This document shows positions 30,756 through 40,749 of a stretch of DNA of 64,000 bases, piece by piece (within the stretch, counting starts at the first letter, position 1; each line of letters opens with the position of its first letter). The stretch comes from an uncultured delta proteobacterium (lineage in GTDB: Bacteria > Myxococcota_A > Polyangia > Fen-1088). The notes below the pieces were generated by a model. It had not been told where the DNA came from. It worked only from the letters and a program-made list of their open reading frames with translations, and searched no databases. The stretch lies in the NCBI GenBank assembly GCA_963767925.1, contig CAVYGB010000008.1, positions 1,760,001 through 1,824,000 on the forward strand, written 5' to 3'. A program made the translations under genes and the position numbers.

Positions 30756-30810
30756 TTGACGCGCCCAAGGCGGGCAGGCTCCCTCGGACATATCCACCGG
30801 GGGAGTTGCC

Positions 30811-31977
30811 ATGAAAAAGAGCCCGCCATTCGTAACGTTTTCGTCCCGTAGGCCGCTGCTGCTGATTGCCGGCCTGGCAATCTCCCTCACGGCCTGTCCA
30901 GCCGAAGATCCGCCGTCAGGCGGAACCGGCGGCGCCGGCGGCTCGGCCACCGGAGGCCGCGGCGGCTCCACCGGCGGCAGCGGCGGCTCGGCCGGCACCG
31001 GCGGCTCCGCAGGCACCGGTGGCTCCGCCGGTGTGGGTGGCAGCGGCGGCGCCGGAGGCACCGGCGGCACCCGCCCCGCCGACGCCCGCTCCGCCGACCG
31101 CCCCGCCGACCTCCGCCCCACCGACGCCCGCCGCCCCGACGGCAGCCCCCCCGACACCGCCGGCAACGCCGCCAGCGGTCGTGGTGGTCCCCCCAAGCCC
31201 AGCGCCGGGTGTGGCAAGCCGAATCCCGCCACCGGCCAGCGCACGCTGATGACCGGAGGTCGGAGCGGCCCTTACCTGGTCTTCCTCCCCGCCGACTACA
31301 ACCCCAACACGCCCTCCCCCCTCGGCTTCGCCTTCAACGGCTTCAGCCGCACCTACACCCAGTGCGCCAACGAGGGCGACTGCTCCGGGTTCAAGGGTCT
31401 GAACGCGATCACCGTCTTCCCGGAGTCGTTCGGACAGGGCTGGGAGACGCCCGCCGCCGGCCTGGCCTCGAACATCCAGTTCTTCGAAGAGCTGCTCACC
31501 CTGGTCAAGAACGAATACTGCGTGGACGAGAACCGCATCTTCATCGCGGGCGTCAGCTCCGGCGGCCAGTTCGTCGAGCACCTGTCTTGCCGCTTCGGCG
31601 ATCAGCTCTGGGCCGTTTCCCCCATCGCGGCCTACGTCGATCGCGGCGTCGACATGAACTGCAAGGGATCCCCCCCGCAGATTGTGATTCACGGCGTGAC
31701 CGATGGCGCCGGGAACCGCGGCCAGGACGTGGCCCAGCTCTTCGCTCGACGCAACAGCTGCACCACGGCTCCGACCGCCGAGATCGCACAAGCGCGAACC
31801 GAGATGATGGCCGCCTTCAACGCCAGGCGGGCAGAGGTTCGATGCGTGAACTGGCAAGGCTGCACCGCCCCCGTCCGGTACTGCCTCTTCTCGCAGATCA
31901 CCTACGACAACCTCACCCACGGCTGGCCCCGAACCGGCGGCATGCTGATCCAGGAGTTCCTCGGCGGCCTCAAGTAG
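30811..31977 (+). CDS. Lipoprotein alpha/beta-hydrolase (feruloyl esterase / PHB depolymerase-like) on a Gly-rich tether
   Basis: Lipobox LTAC, GGSGGSAGTGG linker, PSAGCGK, YCVDENRIFIAGVSSGG (GxSxG), HGVTD and THGWP. Confidence 0.85.
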   Translation: MKKSPPFVTFSSRRPLLLIAGLAISLTACPAEDPPSGGTGGAGGSATGGRGGSTGGSGGSAGTGGSAGTGGSAGVGGSGGAGGTGGTRPADARSADRPADLRPTDARRPDGSPPDTAGNAASGRGGPPKPSAGCGKPNPATGQRTLMTGGRSGPYLVFLPADYNPNTPSPLGFAFNGFSRTYTQCANEGDCSGFKGLNAITVFPESFGQGWETPAAGLASNIQFFEELLTLVKNEYCVDENRIFIAGVSSGGQFVEHLSCRFGDQLWAVSPIAAYVDRGVDMNCKGSPPQIVIHGVTDGAGNRGQDVAQLFARRNSCTTAPTAEIAQARTEMMAAFNARRAEVRCVNWQGCTAPVRYCLFSQITYDNLTHGWPRTGGMLIQEFLGGLK

Positions 31978-31984
31978 CCCCGAG

Positions 31985-32017
31985 CCGGGGCGTCGTTCAC
32001 CCAGAACGATGCCTCGG
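31985..32017 (+). terminator. 14-bp stem hairpin after the esterase stop
   Basis: CCGGGGCGTCGTTC-ACCCA-GAACGATGCCTCGG; two G-U pairs work only on the + strand RNA. Confidence 0.55.
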
Positions 32018-32112
32018 TACGGTGGGAGAAGCCCGGGGGCCCGCAGTCCTCCGCTACTACCGCCGACAGTCAAACGGGCTCCTCAGTCCCCTGCCTGAGG
32101 CCCAGCTATCCA

Positions 32113-33552
32113 TCAGAAGCAGACGGCTGGGCCAGCAGGCGGACAGACACCCCCGCGGCAGAACTTTTCGTCCTCATTGTCCGTGCATTCGAAGGTTTCC
32201 ATCGTCGGGCTGTCGATGTTGATACATCTCCGCGGCTGGACCTGACATCGACCCGAGCGACACGATTCGCCCCCGCGAATCGTGTCACACGGACGACCGT
32301 TGGCGATCCTCGCCCGGCAGATGTTGCTCCGGTCGCAGAACAGATCCGAGTCACACCCTGGGCAGCATCGTTTTCCGGAGGTGCCACAGTCGAGCTCGCA
32401 CCTCCCGCTCGTGCAGACCTCGTCGGTTCCACACTGGGTGCAGCTGCTTCCGCAGTTGTTCCGGTCGTTATTTCCCACGCACCGGCCGTCGCAGCCGTTC
32501 TGGCCGTTGTTGCAGCACACGCCTCCGGTGCAGCGGCCGGACTGGCACTCGCCATTCCCTCCGCACCCCTGCCCGTTGGGCTTCTTGCAGTTGCTGTCCT
32601 GACTGAAGCTGCAGCCGGAAGGGCACATTCCATCGGCGGCGTCCCCGCAGCGTACCGGGCACTCACGATCGTTCGAGAAGCTGCAGCTGGAACCTGGACA
32701 GCAGCCGTCGCCCGTGCGGCACTCATTCTGGGTGCCGGCATCTTCGCAGCGGGCTTCACAGGTGCCGCCGCCGACCAGCCGGCGTAGCTGACAGCCCTGA
32801 TTCGGGCAGCTCGAGGGGCAACTGGACAACGGGTCGCACCGTTCGGAGCTTTCACGGACCCCATTGCCGCATCGCGGCTGGCAGTCGGTGTCGTTGTTGC
32901 TGTTGCAGGTGGATGGGCAGCAGCCGTCCCCTGACGCGCACGTTGTCTGCTGGCGATCGTCGACACATTCAGCGGCGCAGGTGCCGGGGTTCACCAGCTT
33001 GCGAATCTGGCAGCCGACCGCCGGACAGGCCGCGGGGCAGCTCGAGAGCGGTTCGCAAGTCTCCCCCGCCTCGCGAACGCCGTTGTCGCATCGGACCGAG
33101 CAATCCACGTCGTTGACCATCGTGCAGCCGGCCGGACAGCAGCCGTCGGCGCTGGAGCACGCCGTCTGCATGCCTCCCTCCACGCAACGAGCGGTGCACC
33201 TCTCGGCTGATCCTTGCAGCGTGAAAATCGCGCAGCCTCGTGGGGGGCACGCGGTTGGACAGTTGCCTTCGCATTCCTCGCCAGGCTCGATCACCCCGTT
33301 GCCGCAGGTGGCACCGGATGAGCTCGCGTCGCTGGGCCCTGGCCCGGCGGGTGAGTCAGGATCGAGTGGGCCGTCCGTGGAGACGGAAGGGGACCCCATC
33401 ACCGATCCCGCCTCCGGGCCGGCCGGCTGTTCGCCGCGCCCTGCTGGGGGTCCGTCGGGGGAGTCCACGAGCCGCGAGTGCTGCCTCGGCTCAGAGAAGC
33501 ACGAGACCGAGAGTGCGACGAGGGATGCCTGGAAAGCGGTAGTTAAGCGCAT
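32113..33552 (-). CDS. Cys-rich repeat surface lipoprotein (myxobacterial type)
   Basis: Lipobox LSVSC; three repeats of C(G/D)NGV.E..E.C(E/D)...CP..CP..GC...DGCCP..C; further C-terminal Cys modules. Confidence 0.85.
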   Translation of the reverse strand: MRLTTAFQASLVALSVSCFSEPRQHSRLVDSPDGPPAGRGEQPAGPEAGSVMGSPSVSTDGPLDPDSPAGPGPSDASSSGATCGNGVIEPGEECEGNCPTACPPRGCAIFTLQGSAERCTARCVEGGMQTACSSADGCCPAGCTMVNDVDCSVRCDNGVREAGETCEPLSSCPAACPAVGCQIRKLVNPGTCAAECVDDRQQTTCASGDGCCPSTCNSNNDTDCQPRCGNGVRESSERCDPLSSCPSSCPNQGCQLRRLVGGGTCEARCEDAGTQNECRTGDGCCPGSSCSFSNDRECPVRCGDAADGMCPSGCSFSQDSNCKKPNGQGCGGNGECQSGRCTGGVCCNNGQNGCDGRCVGNNDRNNCGSSCTQCGTDEVCTSGRCELDCGTSGKRCCPGCDSDLFCDRSNICRARIANGRPCDTIRGGESCRSGRCQVQPRRCINIDSPTMETFECTDNEDEKFCRGGVCPPAGPAVCF

Positions 33553-33818
33553 CGGTCCTCCAGAAAACTGGCCGGAGCGGCGGAGCCACATGCCATGGCG
33601 GATTGAGCCAATCTGATACTACATGTCGCGGCTCATCCAGCTCTTTTCTCATAAAACTTTGAGACGTGGCAGGGACTCCCCTGGCGATCCCTTTTCTCGG
33701 CCGCCCCCGGTCTGGCAGCGCCACTTGGCGCCAAAGACTTTCAGCACGGGCCGGAGTTGAGCGCGGATCGGCATCGCCATCGATCGCAGGAGGATCGTGT
33801 TAAAAACCTTGGTCTTGC

Positions 33819-35459
33819 ATGCAGGTTCGCAAGCCTGACCGTCTCATCGTAAGCAGGCGGCTCCTCGGAGCTGGCGGAGCCGCGGTCTGCTTTCTGCTCA
33901 CCGCCGGCGAGGCGCTCGGACAGCCGAGCCCCCGCGAACGGGCGCGGGTCGAGGTAGCCGAGGGAGCCAAGCTTTTCGAGGGGGGCCGATTCGCCTCCGC
34001 GCTGGCTCGGTTCCAGGCAGCGCAGGCGCTATACCCGAGTGGGAAGGTCTACTTCAATGTGGCCCTCGCCCATCGACAGCTGGGTCAGGCAGCGGCGGCG
34101 TTGACGGCCCTACGGCGGTTCCTGCGAGATCCCGGCGACACCACGCCCGAGTTGCTGGCCGAAGGAAGAGCCCTGGTAGAGCAGCTTTCGACCCGGGTCG
34201 CTTCCCTTGCCATTTCGTCGGATGTCGAAGATGGCGAGGTCGTCCTCGACGGCGTGGTCGTGAGCCCCGACCCGACGTCGGGCCGATTCCCGGTCGATCC
34301 GGGCCCTCACCAGGTCCTGCTGCGCAGCCGGGCGCATGGAACGCGGTCTGCCACCTTCCAGGCGGTGGCTGGTCAGTCGCTGGATCTCGAGGTTCCGTTC
34401 AAGGTTGCCGCCGGGAATCAGGCCCGTTCGCTCGCTCAGGGTCAGACACCGTCACCGGGGCAGACGCTCGACCGTCCCTCGGGCGCCGCCGAGGCCGAGG
34501 CCCTCATTCGCCAGGCGCGGGAGCTGCGCGAAGCCGGCAAGGATGCGCGCGCGTATCCCTTGCTGCAGAAGGCGTATGAAGCGGAAACGACGCCTCGCAC
34601 CGCCGCCCAGCTCGGACTGGTCGAAATCCAGCTCGGCTACTGGATCCAGGCAGAACGGCACCTCACCGAGAGCTTGTCGGCCAGGCGCGACCCCTGGGTC
34701 GCCAGCAACCGGGCGGACCTCGAGGCGAGCCTGTCGCGCGCGAAGGCGGCGATCGGAGAGGTCACTGTCAAGGGTACTCCTGCGGGGGCCACGGTATCGG
34801 TCAACGGATGGGTGGCAGGGACCCTGCCCCTCCCGGTGCCCATCCGGGCCGGTGAAGGACCACTCCATCTCGAGATCCGAGCGCTGGGGTATTCGCCGTT
34901 CCGCCGCTCGCTCACGATGACGGGTGGCCAGCGACAGGAGGTTACCGTGGGTCTGGAGCGAGGGGTCGATTCAACCCCGGGACCCGATCCGAATGCATCG
35001 GGTGAGGCCGCTGGCTCAGCGGGCGCCTCCCTGGCCGCTCAACCGATCGCCGGCAGCGAGTCGGAGCCGTCGAGGTCGCTGATGCGTCCCGTGGGTTGGG
35101 GCTCGGGGGCGGCGGGGCTAAGCGCTCTGGGTTTTGGGGTCTACCAGACCCTTTCCTGGCGGAAGAAGTTCGAGGAATTCGAGTCTCACGAGGTCGCACG
35201 CCAGCCTGGCCAAGCCAGCTCGACGCCCAGAGACTGCGGCGCGGCCAGCCCCAACCGAGGAGCTGTGGGATGCGACCGGATTTTCCGCGATCTGCAGCGA
35301 GCCAAGACCCTCGCCATCGCGGGGTATGCCGTCGGCGGAGCGCTGGCCGCGGGGGGCGTCGCCCTCCTGCTCCTCGCCCCGCGTGATCGTCGCTCGTTCG
35401 CGCTCGCCTGTCTGCCCCTGCTGACATCGCAGGGAGCGAGCTGCCAGGTCTCGTTCTAG
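33819..35459 (+). CDS. Tandem TPR-PEGA domain protein
   Basis: Signal peptide; two TPR-like helix plus PEGA modules (EVVLDG...VDPGPHQV and GATVSVNG...GEGP..LEIRALGY); two Gly-rich hydrophobic segments; terminal CQVSF. Confidence 0.82.
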   Translation: MQVRKPDRLIVSRRLLGAGGAAVCFLLTAGEALGQPSPRERARVEVAEGAKLFEGGRFASALARFQAAQALYPSGKVYFNVALAHRQLGQAAAALTALRRFLRDPGDTTPELLAEGRALVEQLSTRVASLAISSDVEDGEVVLDGVVVSPDPTSGRFPVDPGPHQVLLRSRAHGTRSATFQAVAGQSLDLEVPFKVAAGNQARSLAQGQTPSPGQTLDRPSGAAEAEALIRQARELREAGKDARAYPLLQKAYEAETTPRTAAQLGLVEIQLGYWIQAERHLTESLSARRDPWVASNRADLEASLSRAKAAIGEVTVKGTPAGATVSVNGWVAGTLPLPVPIRAGEGPLHLEIRALGYSPFRRSLTMTGGQRQEVTVGLERGVDSTPGPDPNASGEAAGSAGASLAAQPIAGSESEPSRSLMRPVGWGSGAAGLSALGFGVYQTLSWRKKFEEFESHEVARQPGQASSTPRDCGAASPNRGAVGCDRIFRDLQRAKTLAIAGYAVGGALAAGGVALLLLAPRDRRSFALACLPLLTSQGASCQVSF

Positions 35460-35530
35460 CCTCGGCCGGAGCCAGGCCTCCTCGGGGCTACATGCCGGCC
35501 CTGGTCACAAGTGCCATGGCGCGACACCGA

Positions 35531-36400
35531 TCACTCCTTCTCCTCGATCTCGGTGGTGAAGGGGGTCCAGGTGTCGCCTTTGTCGTGCATGCGTTTCAGC
35601 TCGGCCAGGCCGGCGAGCCAGCCGGCCTCGTGCTGGGCGGCGCTGTCGAGCTCGTCGTCGCGGAAGCCGCTCTGGACGAAGGTCAGGTGGGTCTTGCCGC
35701 CGTCGGCGCTGAGCTCCCAGCGCGCGATGGCGCCCGCCTCGTCGGCGTAGGCCAGTCGCTTTCCCGGCTCGAGCTCGAAGATCTTCCCGTCGACCCCGAG
35801 GACCATCCGGCCACCCAGGCGCGGCTCGATCTCCGGCTTCCAGCCGAACCAGCGCTCGACCCGGACCGGATCGATCAGCGAGGCGAACACGTCGTCGGGC
35901 GCGCCTGGGATGGTGAGATCGATCCGGATCTCCCTGGGCCGGTCCGGACTGAAGGTGGCCCCGCGGATCAGCTCCCGGCCCTCGACGTACGCTGCAAGGT
36001 TGGCCAGCGCCAGCGGCCAGAACGTATGCAGGGAATGGAGACCATCCCGGCGCCCGGCCGGGGCCATCAGCTCCTCCATCGAGGGCGCCCCGTCCTGGCG
36101 AAGCTCGAGCCTCGTCCCGTTTTTTCCCTCTGGCGCCAGCCGGAGATCGATCCGGGTCTCCCGACCATCGAGTGTCCAGGTGAACGACAGTTTTCGGTCG
36201 GGCTCAGCGGCCACAAGCTCCTGCTTGGCGGTCTCCCCCTGTGGGGTGTACCGACCCCAGAACCGGTAGCGACGCTCGGTCAAGCTGACCTCCGCGTGTT
36301 CGGCCAGCCAGACCCGAAGAGCGGCGCCGTCTGTCAGCGCCCGGTACACGTCTCCGGGTGGGGCGGCCAGCCGGGCCGCCAGGGCGAGAGTCCTCGTCAT
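35531..36400 (-). CDS. Double SRPBCC (AHSA1/START-like) domain protein
   Basis: DVYRALTD..LRVW...LSFTW and DVFASLIDP..VERWF...HEAGW..L. The ATG overlaps the upstream gene's TGA. Confidence 0.88.
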   Translation of the reverse strand: MTRTLALAARLAAPPGDVYRALTDGAALRVWLAEHAEVSLTERRYRFWGRYTPQGETAKQELVAAEPDRKLSFTWTLDGRETRIDLRLAPEGKNGTRLELRQDGAPSMEELMAPAGRRDGLHSLHTFWPLALANLAAYVEGRELIRGATFSPDRPREIRIDLTIPGAPDDVFASLIDPVRVERWFGWKPEIEPRLGGRMVLGVDGKIFELEPGKRLAYADEAGAIARWELSADGGKTHLTFVQSGFRDDELDSAAQHEAGWLAGLAELKRMHDKGDTWTPFTTEIEEKE

Positions 36401-36966
36401 CTCGTTCTCCTCCTTCCTTTTTTCGGGTAACACGCCACGGCCAGCCGGAAGGTCTCGCCGTCGGAGCCCCCTCCCCCGTGGCGCGTGAAGAGCGCCTGCA
36501 AGGTCGCGCGCAGGTCGTCGAGGAACGCCTGCCGCTTTCCCGCGTGCAGGTGGACCTCTCCCGACACCCCGAGGGTCGGCAGGTCCCCGGTCCCTCCTTC
36601 GAAGGCCGCGAGGTCGCTCTGCACGTCCTCGACAACGTTGAGCAGGTAGCGAAGGCTCAGATCGTCCTGGGCTCGACGGAGGCCGATGGTGCCGACCAGC
36701 TTCGGCGAGAGCCAGTAGGACTGCGCGCTGGCCTGGTAGATGCCCTCGTGGATGCCGCGCACGCGCCGCTCGCTCACCTGGCTGACGAGGTCGGCCTCCA
36801 CCAGCCGGTTCACGTGGTAGTAGACGCGCTGGGGTGTGACCCCCAGGGCGGCGCCGACCTGGGTGCATGAGCGGGGCTCTGCGAGCTGTCGCAGCACCTC
36901 GACCCGCTGGGGCTTGAACAGCGCCTCCGCCTGTTCGATCCGGTCGATGTACAGGAGCTCTCTCAC
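36397..36966 (-). CDS. ArsR-like winged-helix transcriptional regulator
   Basis: ALFKPQRVEVLRQLAEPRSCTQVGAALGVTPQRVYYHVNRLVEADLV...ERRVRG; GTG start. Confidence 0.88.
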   Translation of the reverse strand: MRELLYIDRIEQAEALFKPQRVEVLRQLAEPRSCTQVGAALGVTPQRVYYHVNRLVEADLVSQVSERRVRGIHEGIYQASAQSYWLSPKLVGTIGLRRAQDDLSLRYLLNVVEDVQSDLAAFEGGTGDLPTLGVSGEVHLHAGKRQAFLDDLRATLQALFTRHGGGGSDGETFRLAVACYPKKGRRRTR

Positions 36967-37004
36967 GTACAAAAAGCTTTGTACGTAAAACATTCGTTTG
37001 TCAA
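36965..37004 (-). promoter_or_regulatory. Operator palindrome and -35 box of the ArsR-SRPBCC operon
   Basis: ACGTACAAA-AAGC-TTTGTACGT (36965-36986) overlaps the start codon; perfect TTGACA at 37004-36999. Confidence 0.7.
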
Positions 37005-37069
37005 TGGCCCACGGCGACGCCCGGTCCTGTCCAGGCCGGCGGACCAGCACGCCCGCCGGTCGCCAGGTG

Positions 37070-38758
37070 TCAGGGGCGGACGGCGGCGCGGAAGGCGGCG
37101 GCGGGCAGGGTGTTGAGCACCTCGTCGCGGCGGATGCCGGCCCGGCGGGCCATCTGGACGCCCAGCTCGAGGTGGTCGTAGTCGCGGACCGAGTGGGCGT
37201 CGACGGAGATGACGAAGCGCAAGCCGCGGCGACGCGCCTGCCGCAGCCAGGTAGGCGCCAGGTCCAGGCGGTGGGGATCGGCGTTTATCTCGATGGCCGC
37301 GCGTCCGCGGGCGGCCGCATCGAGCACCTGCTCCACGTCGCAGGCGATAGGATCGCGGGACAGCAACATCCGGCCGAGGCCGTGGCCCCACACCTTGAAC
37401 AGCGGGTGGCCCATCGCCGTCACCAGCCGGCGGGTCATCTCCGGTCCCTCCATCCGGAAGCGGTTGTGGATGCTCGCGATGACGATGTCCAGGCTGGCCA
37501 GCACCTCGGGAGGGTAGTCGAGGGTGCCATCGGCCCGGATGTCCGATTCGGTGCCGCGCAGGAGATCGATCCCGGCGGTGGCCCGCAGGGCCTCGATCTC
37601 CGCGCCCTGCTGGGCCAGCCGCTCGATGCTCAGCCCCCCGGCGTAAGAGGCGGTGGGCGAGTGGTCGGTGATGGTGAGGTACTGCATCCCGCGCGCGCGC
37701 GCGCCGGCGGCCATCTCCGACAGGTCGTTGCGACCGTCGGAGGCAGTGGTGTGACAGTGCACGAAGCCGCGCACGTCTTCCCTGCACACGAGCTGGGCGA
37801 GAACGGCGCTGTCCCAGTCGTCGGTCGCCTCCTCCTCGCGCAGCTCGGGTGGGATCTCGGGCAAGCCGAGCTGGGCGTAGACCTCCCCTTCGGTCGCGCG
37901 CGCGAGGTCGCCCAGCGCGACCCCGCGATCCCGCGCCCGTCGCTCCAGCTCCTGCAGGTGGGCGCCCGACCCCGTCTGCCGCAGCAGGGCCAGACCGAAG
38001 CCGCCGGGCGGAACCACCTCCAGCTCGGCGACGGGGCCGCCGGTCATCCGGAAGCGCGCCCGCCCCGGGCCGCGCTCCATCACCTCGCCGGTGGGGGCCG
38101 CCCGCAGGAAGTGCTCGATCGCCGGTTCGGGTGCCTCGGCGGCGGCCACCAGCCGCACCGTCGTCACGACCTCCTTCCAGCGCCGGATCGATCCCGCCAC
38201 CCGGGCCTCGGTCACCCCGGGACTGGCCTGCAGATCGAGCAGCAGGGGGTGGGCCAGGCGCTGGGCGTCTCGCAAGATCGTCCGGGGAGGTGGCCGCGTG
38301 CGGCGGCGGGCGATCGCCTCGAGCAGCTTGCCCTCCGAGCGCGTCCCGAAGCCACGGACCTTCTGCAGCAACCCGTCCCGGGCGGCTTGCTCGAGGGCGG
38401 CCACGCTGTCGACGCCCAGCTCGTCGCGCAGCCGGCGCACCCGGGCCAGCGTCAACCCGGGCAGCTCGGTCATCGACAGCAGGCCGGGCGGAACCTCGGC
38501 CCGGAAGGTCTCGAGCGCCGAGGTGGTGCCGCTCTCCTTCAGCCGGGCGATGGTGGCGGCCAGCTTGTCCCCGATGCCCGGGACCTCGGAGAGCCGTCCT
38601 TGCTCGGACAGCGTCGCGAAGCGTTCGCCAAGGGCCTCGACCGCGCCGGCCGCCGTCTCGTACGCCCGGGCCCGGAAGCGGCTCTCCCCGCGCAGCCGCA
38701 GGTGTGCGCCGAGCTCGCGCAGACGCGCCGCCACCGCGGTGGCCCCGTACCCGGCCAT
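37070..38758 (-). CDS. polX: DNA polymerase X family protein with PHP domain; polymerase active site altered
   Basis: FRARAY..AA, VPGIG, VAGSIRRWKE, QTGS..H and IPPELRE. PHP motifs HCHTTASDG, TDHS, GTESDI, IH, GH, EIN and DAH. Confidence 0.93.
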   Translation of the reverse strand: MAGYGATAVAARLRELGAHLRLRGESRFRARAYETAAGAVEALGERFATLSEQGRLSEVPGIGDKLAATIARLKESGTTSALETFRAEVPPGLLSMTELPGLTLARVRRLRDELGVDSVAALEQAARDGLLQKVRGFGTRSEGKLLEAIARRRTRPPPRTILRDAQRLAHPLLLDLQASPGVTEARVAGSIRRWKEVVTTVRLVAAAEAPEPAIEHFLRAAPTGEVMERGPGRARFRMTGGPVAELEVVPPGGFGLALLRQTGSGAHLQELERRARDRGVALGDLARATEGEVYAQLGLPEIPPELREEEATDDWDSAVLAQLVCREDVRGFVHCHTTASDGRNDLSEMAAGARARGMQYLTITDHSPTASYAGGLSIERLAQQGAEIEALRATAGIDLLRGTESDIRADGTLDYPPEVLASLDIVIASIHNRFRMEGPEMTRRLVTAMGHPLFKVWGHGLGRMLLSRDPIACDVEQVLDAAARGRAAIEINADPHRLDLAPTWLRQARRRGLRFVISVDAHSVRDYDHLELGVQMARRAGIRRDEVLNTLPAAAFRAAVRP

Positions 38759-38916
38759 GGTCAGGTTGTAGCGCAGTCCGGAGGCAGCCACCGGCCGGCT
38801 CCAGGATCGTGCCGGCGGGCCCGGGAGGTCCGCGCCGGGGCCGCGCCTGATCCCCGGGAGACGTATGGACAGGATGGTCGCCGGTCCTCCGGCCGTGCCA
38901 GCCGCATATTGACGGT

Positions 38917-39846
38917 GTGCCGCAGACGTACGAAGCCATCGTGGTGGGCGCAGGCCCGGCCGGGTTGAGCGCCGCGCTCATCCTGGGCCGCTGCTGCCGC
39001 CGGACCTTGCTGTGCGACGGTGGCGAGGGGAGAAATTCCGCCTCCCGGGCGATCCACGGGTTCCTCACCCGCGATGGCATTCCCCCCGCCGAGCTCCGCC
39101 GGATCGCCCGCCAGCAGCTCGAGCCTTATCGATCGGTCGAGGTGCGCGAAGCCCAGGTGACCGACGCCGTCCGGACCGCGGAAGGGTTCCAGGTCCTGCT
39201 GGCGAGCGGCGAGCGGCTGCACACCGGCAAGCTGCTGCTGGCCACGGGCGTGACCGACGAGCTACCCCCCCTTCCCGGCCTGGCTCCCCGCTGGGGACAG
39301 TCGGTCTTCCCCTGTCCCTACTGCGACGCCTACGAGCTGCGCGGCCGCCGCCTCGGCGTGCTCGGTCGGGGACCGGCGGCGGTGGCGCAGTGTCGCGCCT
39401 TGACCACCTGGAGCCAGCACCTGGTGCTGTTCCTCGACGGTCGCGCCGATCTCCCGGCGTCCGATCGGCGCGCGCTCGGCGACCATGGGGTCCAGATCGT
39501 CAGCGCGCCCCTGCGCGCGCTCGAGGGGCCCGGCACCTCGCTGGAGTCGGTCCGCCTGGAGAGCGGGGAGGTGGTGGCCTGCGAGGCCCTGTTCCTCAGC
39601 GAGGGTCAGCACCAGCGTTCCCCGCTCGTCGCCCAGCTCGGCTGCAGGATCGTGGACGGCTGCGCGGTTCGGACCAACGAGCACGAGTCGACCGACATCC
39701 CGGGACTCTACGTGGCCGGCGACGCCTCCGAGAACCTGCAGCTCGCCATCGTCGCCGCCGCCGAGGGGGCCGAGGCGGGCTTCGCGATCAACCGCTCCCT
39801 CGTCCGGGAGTCCTTCGCCGCTGACCGGGGACCCGCGCAGCGCTAA
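38917..39846 (+). CDS. Thioredoxin-reductase-like NAD(P)/FAD oxidoreductase
   Basis: VGAGPAGLSAA, LLLATG, CPYCD and GLYVAGD. Confidence 0.92.
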   Translation: MPQTYEAIVVGAGPAGLSAALILGRCCRRTLLCDGGEGRNSASRAIHGFLTRDGIPPAELRRIARQQLEPYRSVEVREAQVTDAVRTAEGFQVLLASGERLHTGKLLLATGVTDELPPLPGLAPRWGQSVFPCPYCDAYELRGRRLGVLGRGPAAVAQCRALTTWSQHLVLFLDGRADLPASDRRALGDHGVQIVSAPLRALEGPGTSLESVRLESGEVVACEALFLSEGQHQRSPLVAQLGCRIVDGCAVRTNEHESTDIPGLYVAGDASENLQLAIVAAAEGAEAGFAINRSLVRESFAADRGPAQR

Positions 39847-40749
39847 AGGGGCCGGACCCGACCGGTCTCGAGATCGTACACGGCCTTCAGGATCGTGAGC
39901 TTGCCGGCCGCAACGTGCTCGCGGAGCAGCTTGCTGCGCCGGAGCAGCTCGTTGGCCTGATGGCGGACGTTGGCCTCTACGCCCAGGCGCACCAGATCCG
40001 ACCCCTCGGCCCAGCTCTTCAGGCCCCGCACCGCCGGTGCGATGTGCTCGACCAGCGCCTCGAGGTTGGGGCTGGGCATCTTGCCTTCGGCCAGCGCGGC
40101 CTGCACGGCGCCGCACCTCTCGTGACCGAGGACCACCAGCACCTTGGCGTGCAGGTGCTCGACGGCGTATTCCAGGCTGCCGGTCGCCACCGGCTCGGCG
40201 ATGTTGCCCGCGCTGCGCACGACGAACAGCTCGCCGATGCCGCGGTCGAAGACCAGCTCGGGTGGCACCCGACTGTCGGCGCACCCCAGGATCATCGCCC
40301 CGGGGTGTTGCCCGTCCTTCGACATCATGATCTGCTGGAGGAGGTCCGGGTGGGTGCCCGCGCCCGAGAGGAAACGGGCGTTGCCTGCCAGCAACGCCCT
40401 GGCAATCTCCTTGGGCTCGTTTCCCAGCGCGGCGGCCACACCGTGCTCCTTGCCCTTGCCAGCACCCTCGGCCAGGCGCCGTGGCCCTCGTGTGGCCCTC
40501 GGTCTTCTTCGCCGCGCCCGCCTTTTCGCCGCCGTGGGCGACCTGGGTCGCCCCGTGTCCGTCGTCGGTCTTGCCGGCGGGCGGCGCCGCGTGTGCGGTC
40601 TGGACCGGGGACACCGTCGCCGCCGCCGGCTCGCCGTGACCGCCCTGACCGCCGCTCGGGGCCGGCTTCGGCTTGAAGAGGAGCACGCCGACGAGGATGG
40701 CGGCCACGACGAGCTGTCCGAGAACCACCATCTTCGCGTACTTCTTCAT
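39843..40749 (-). CDS. Beta-class carbonic anhydrase with N-terminal TM anchor and His/Gly-rich linker; frameshift at about 40465-40495
   Basis: Catalytic part LLAGNARF, CADSRV.PE..FD...GELFVVRSAGN and LGHERCGAV. The upstream frame MKKYAKMVVLGQLVVAAILVGVLLF...GHG joins with a net one-base shift. Confidence 0.85.
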
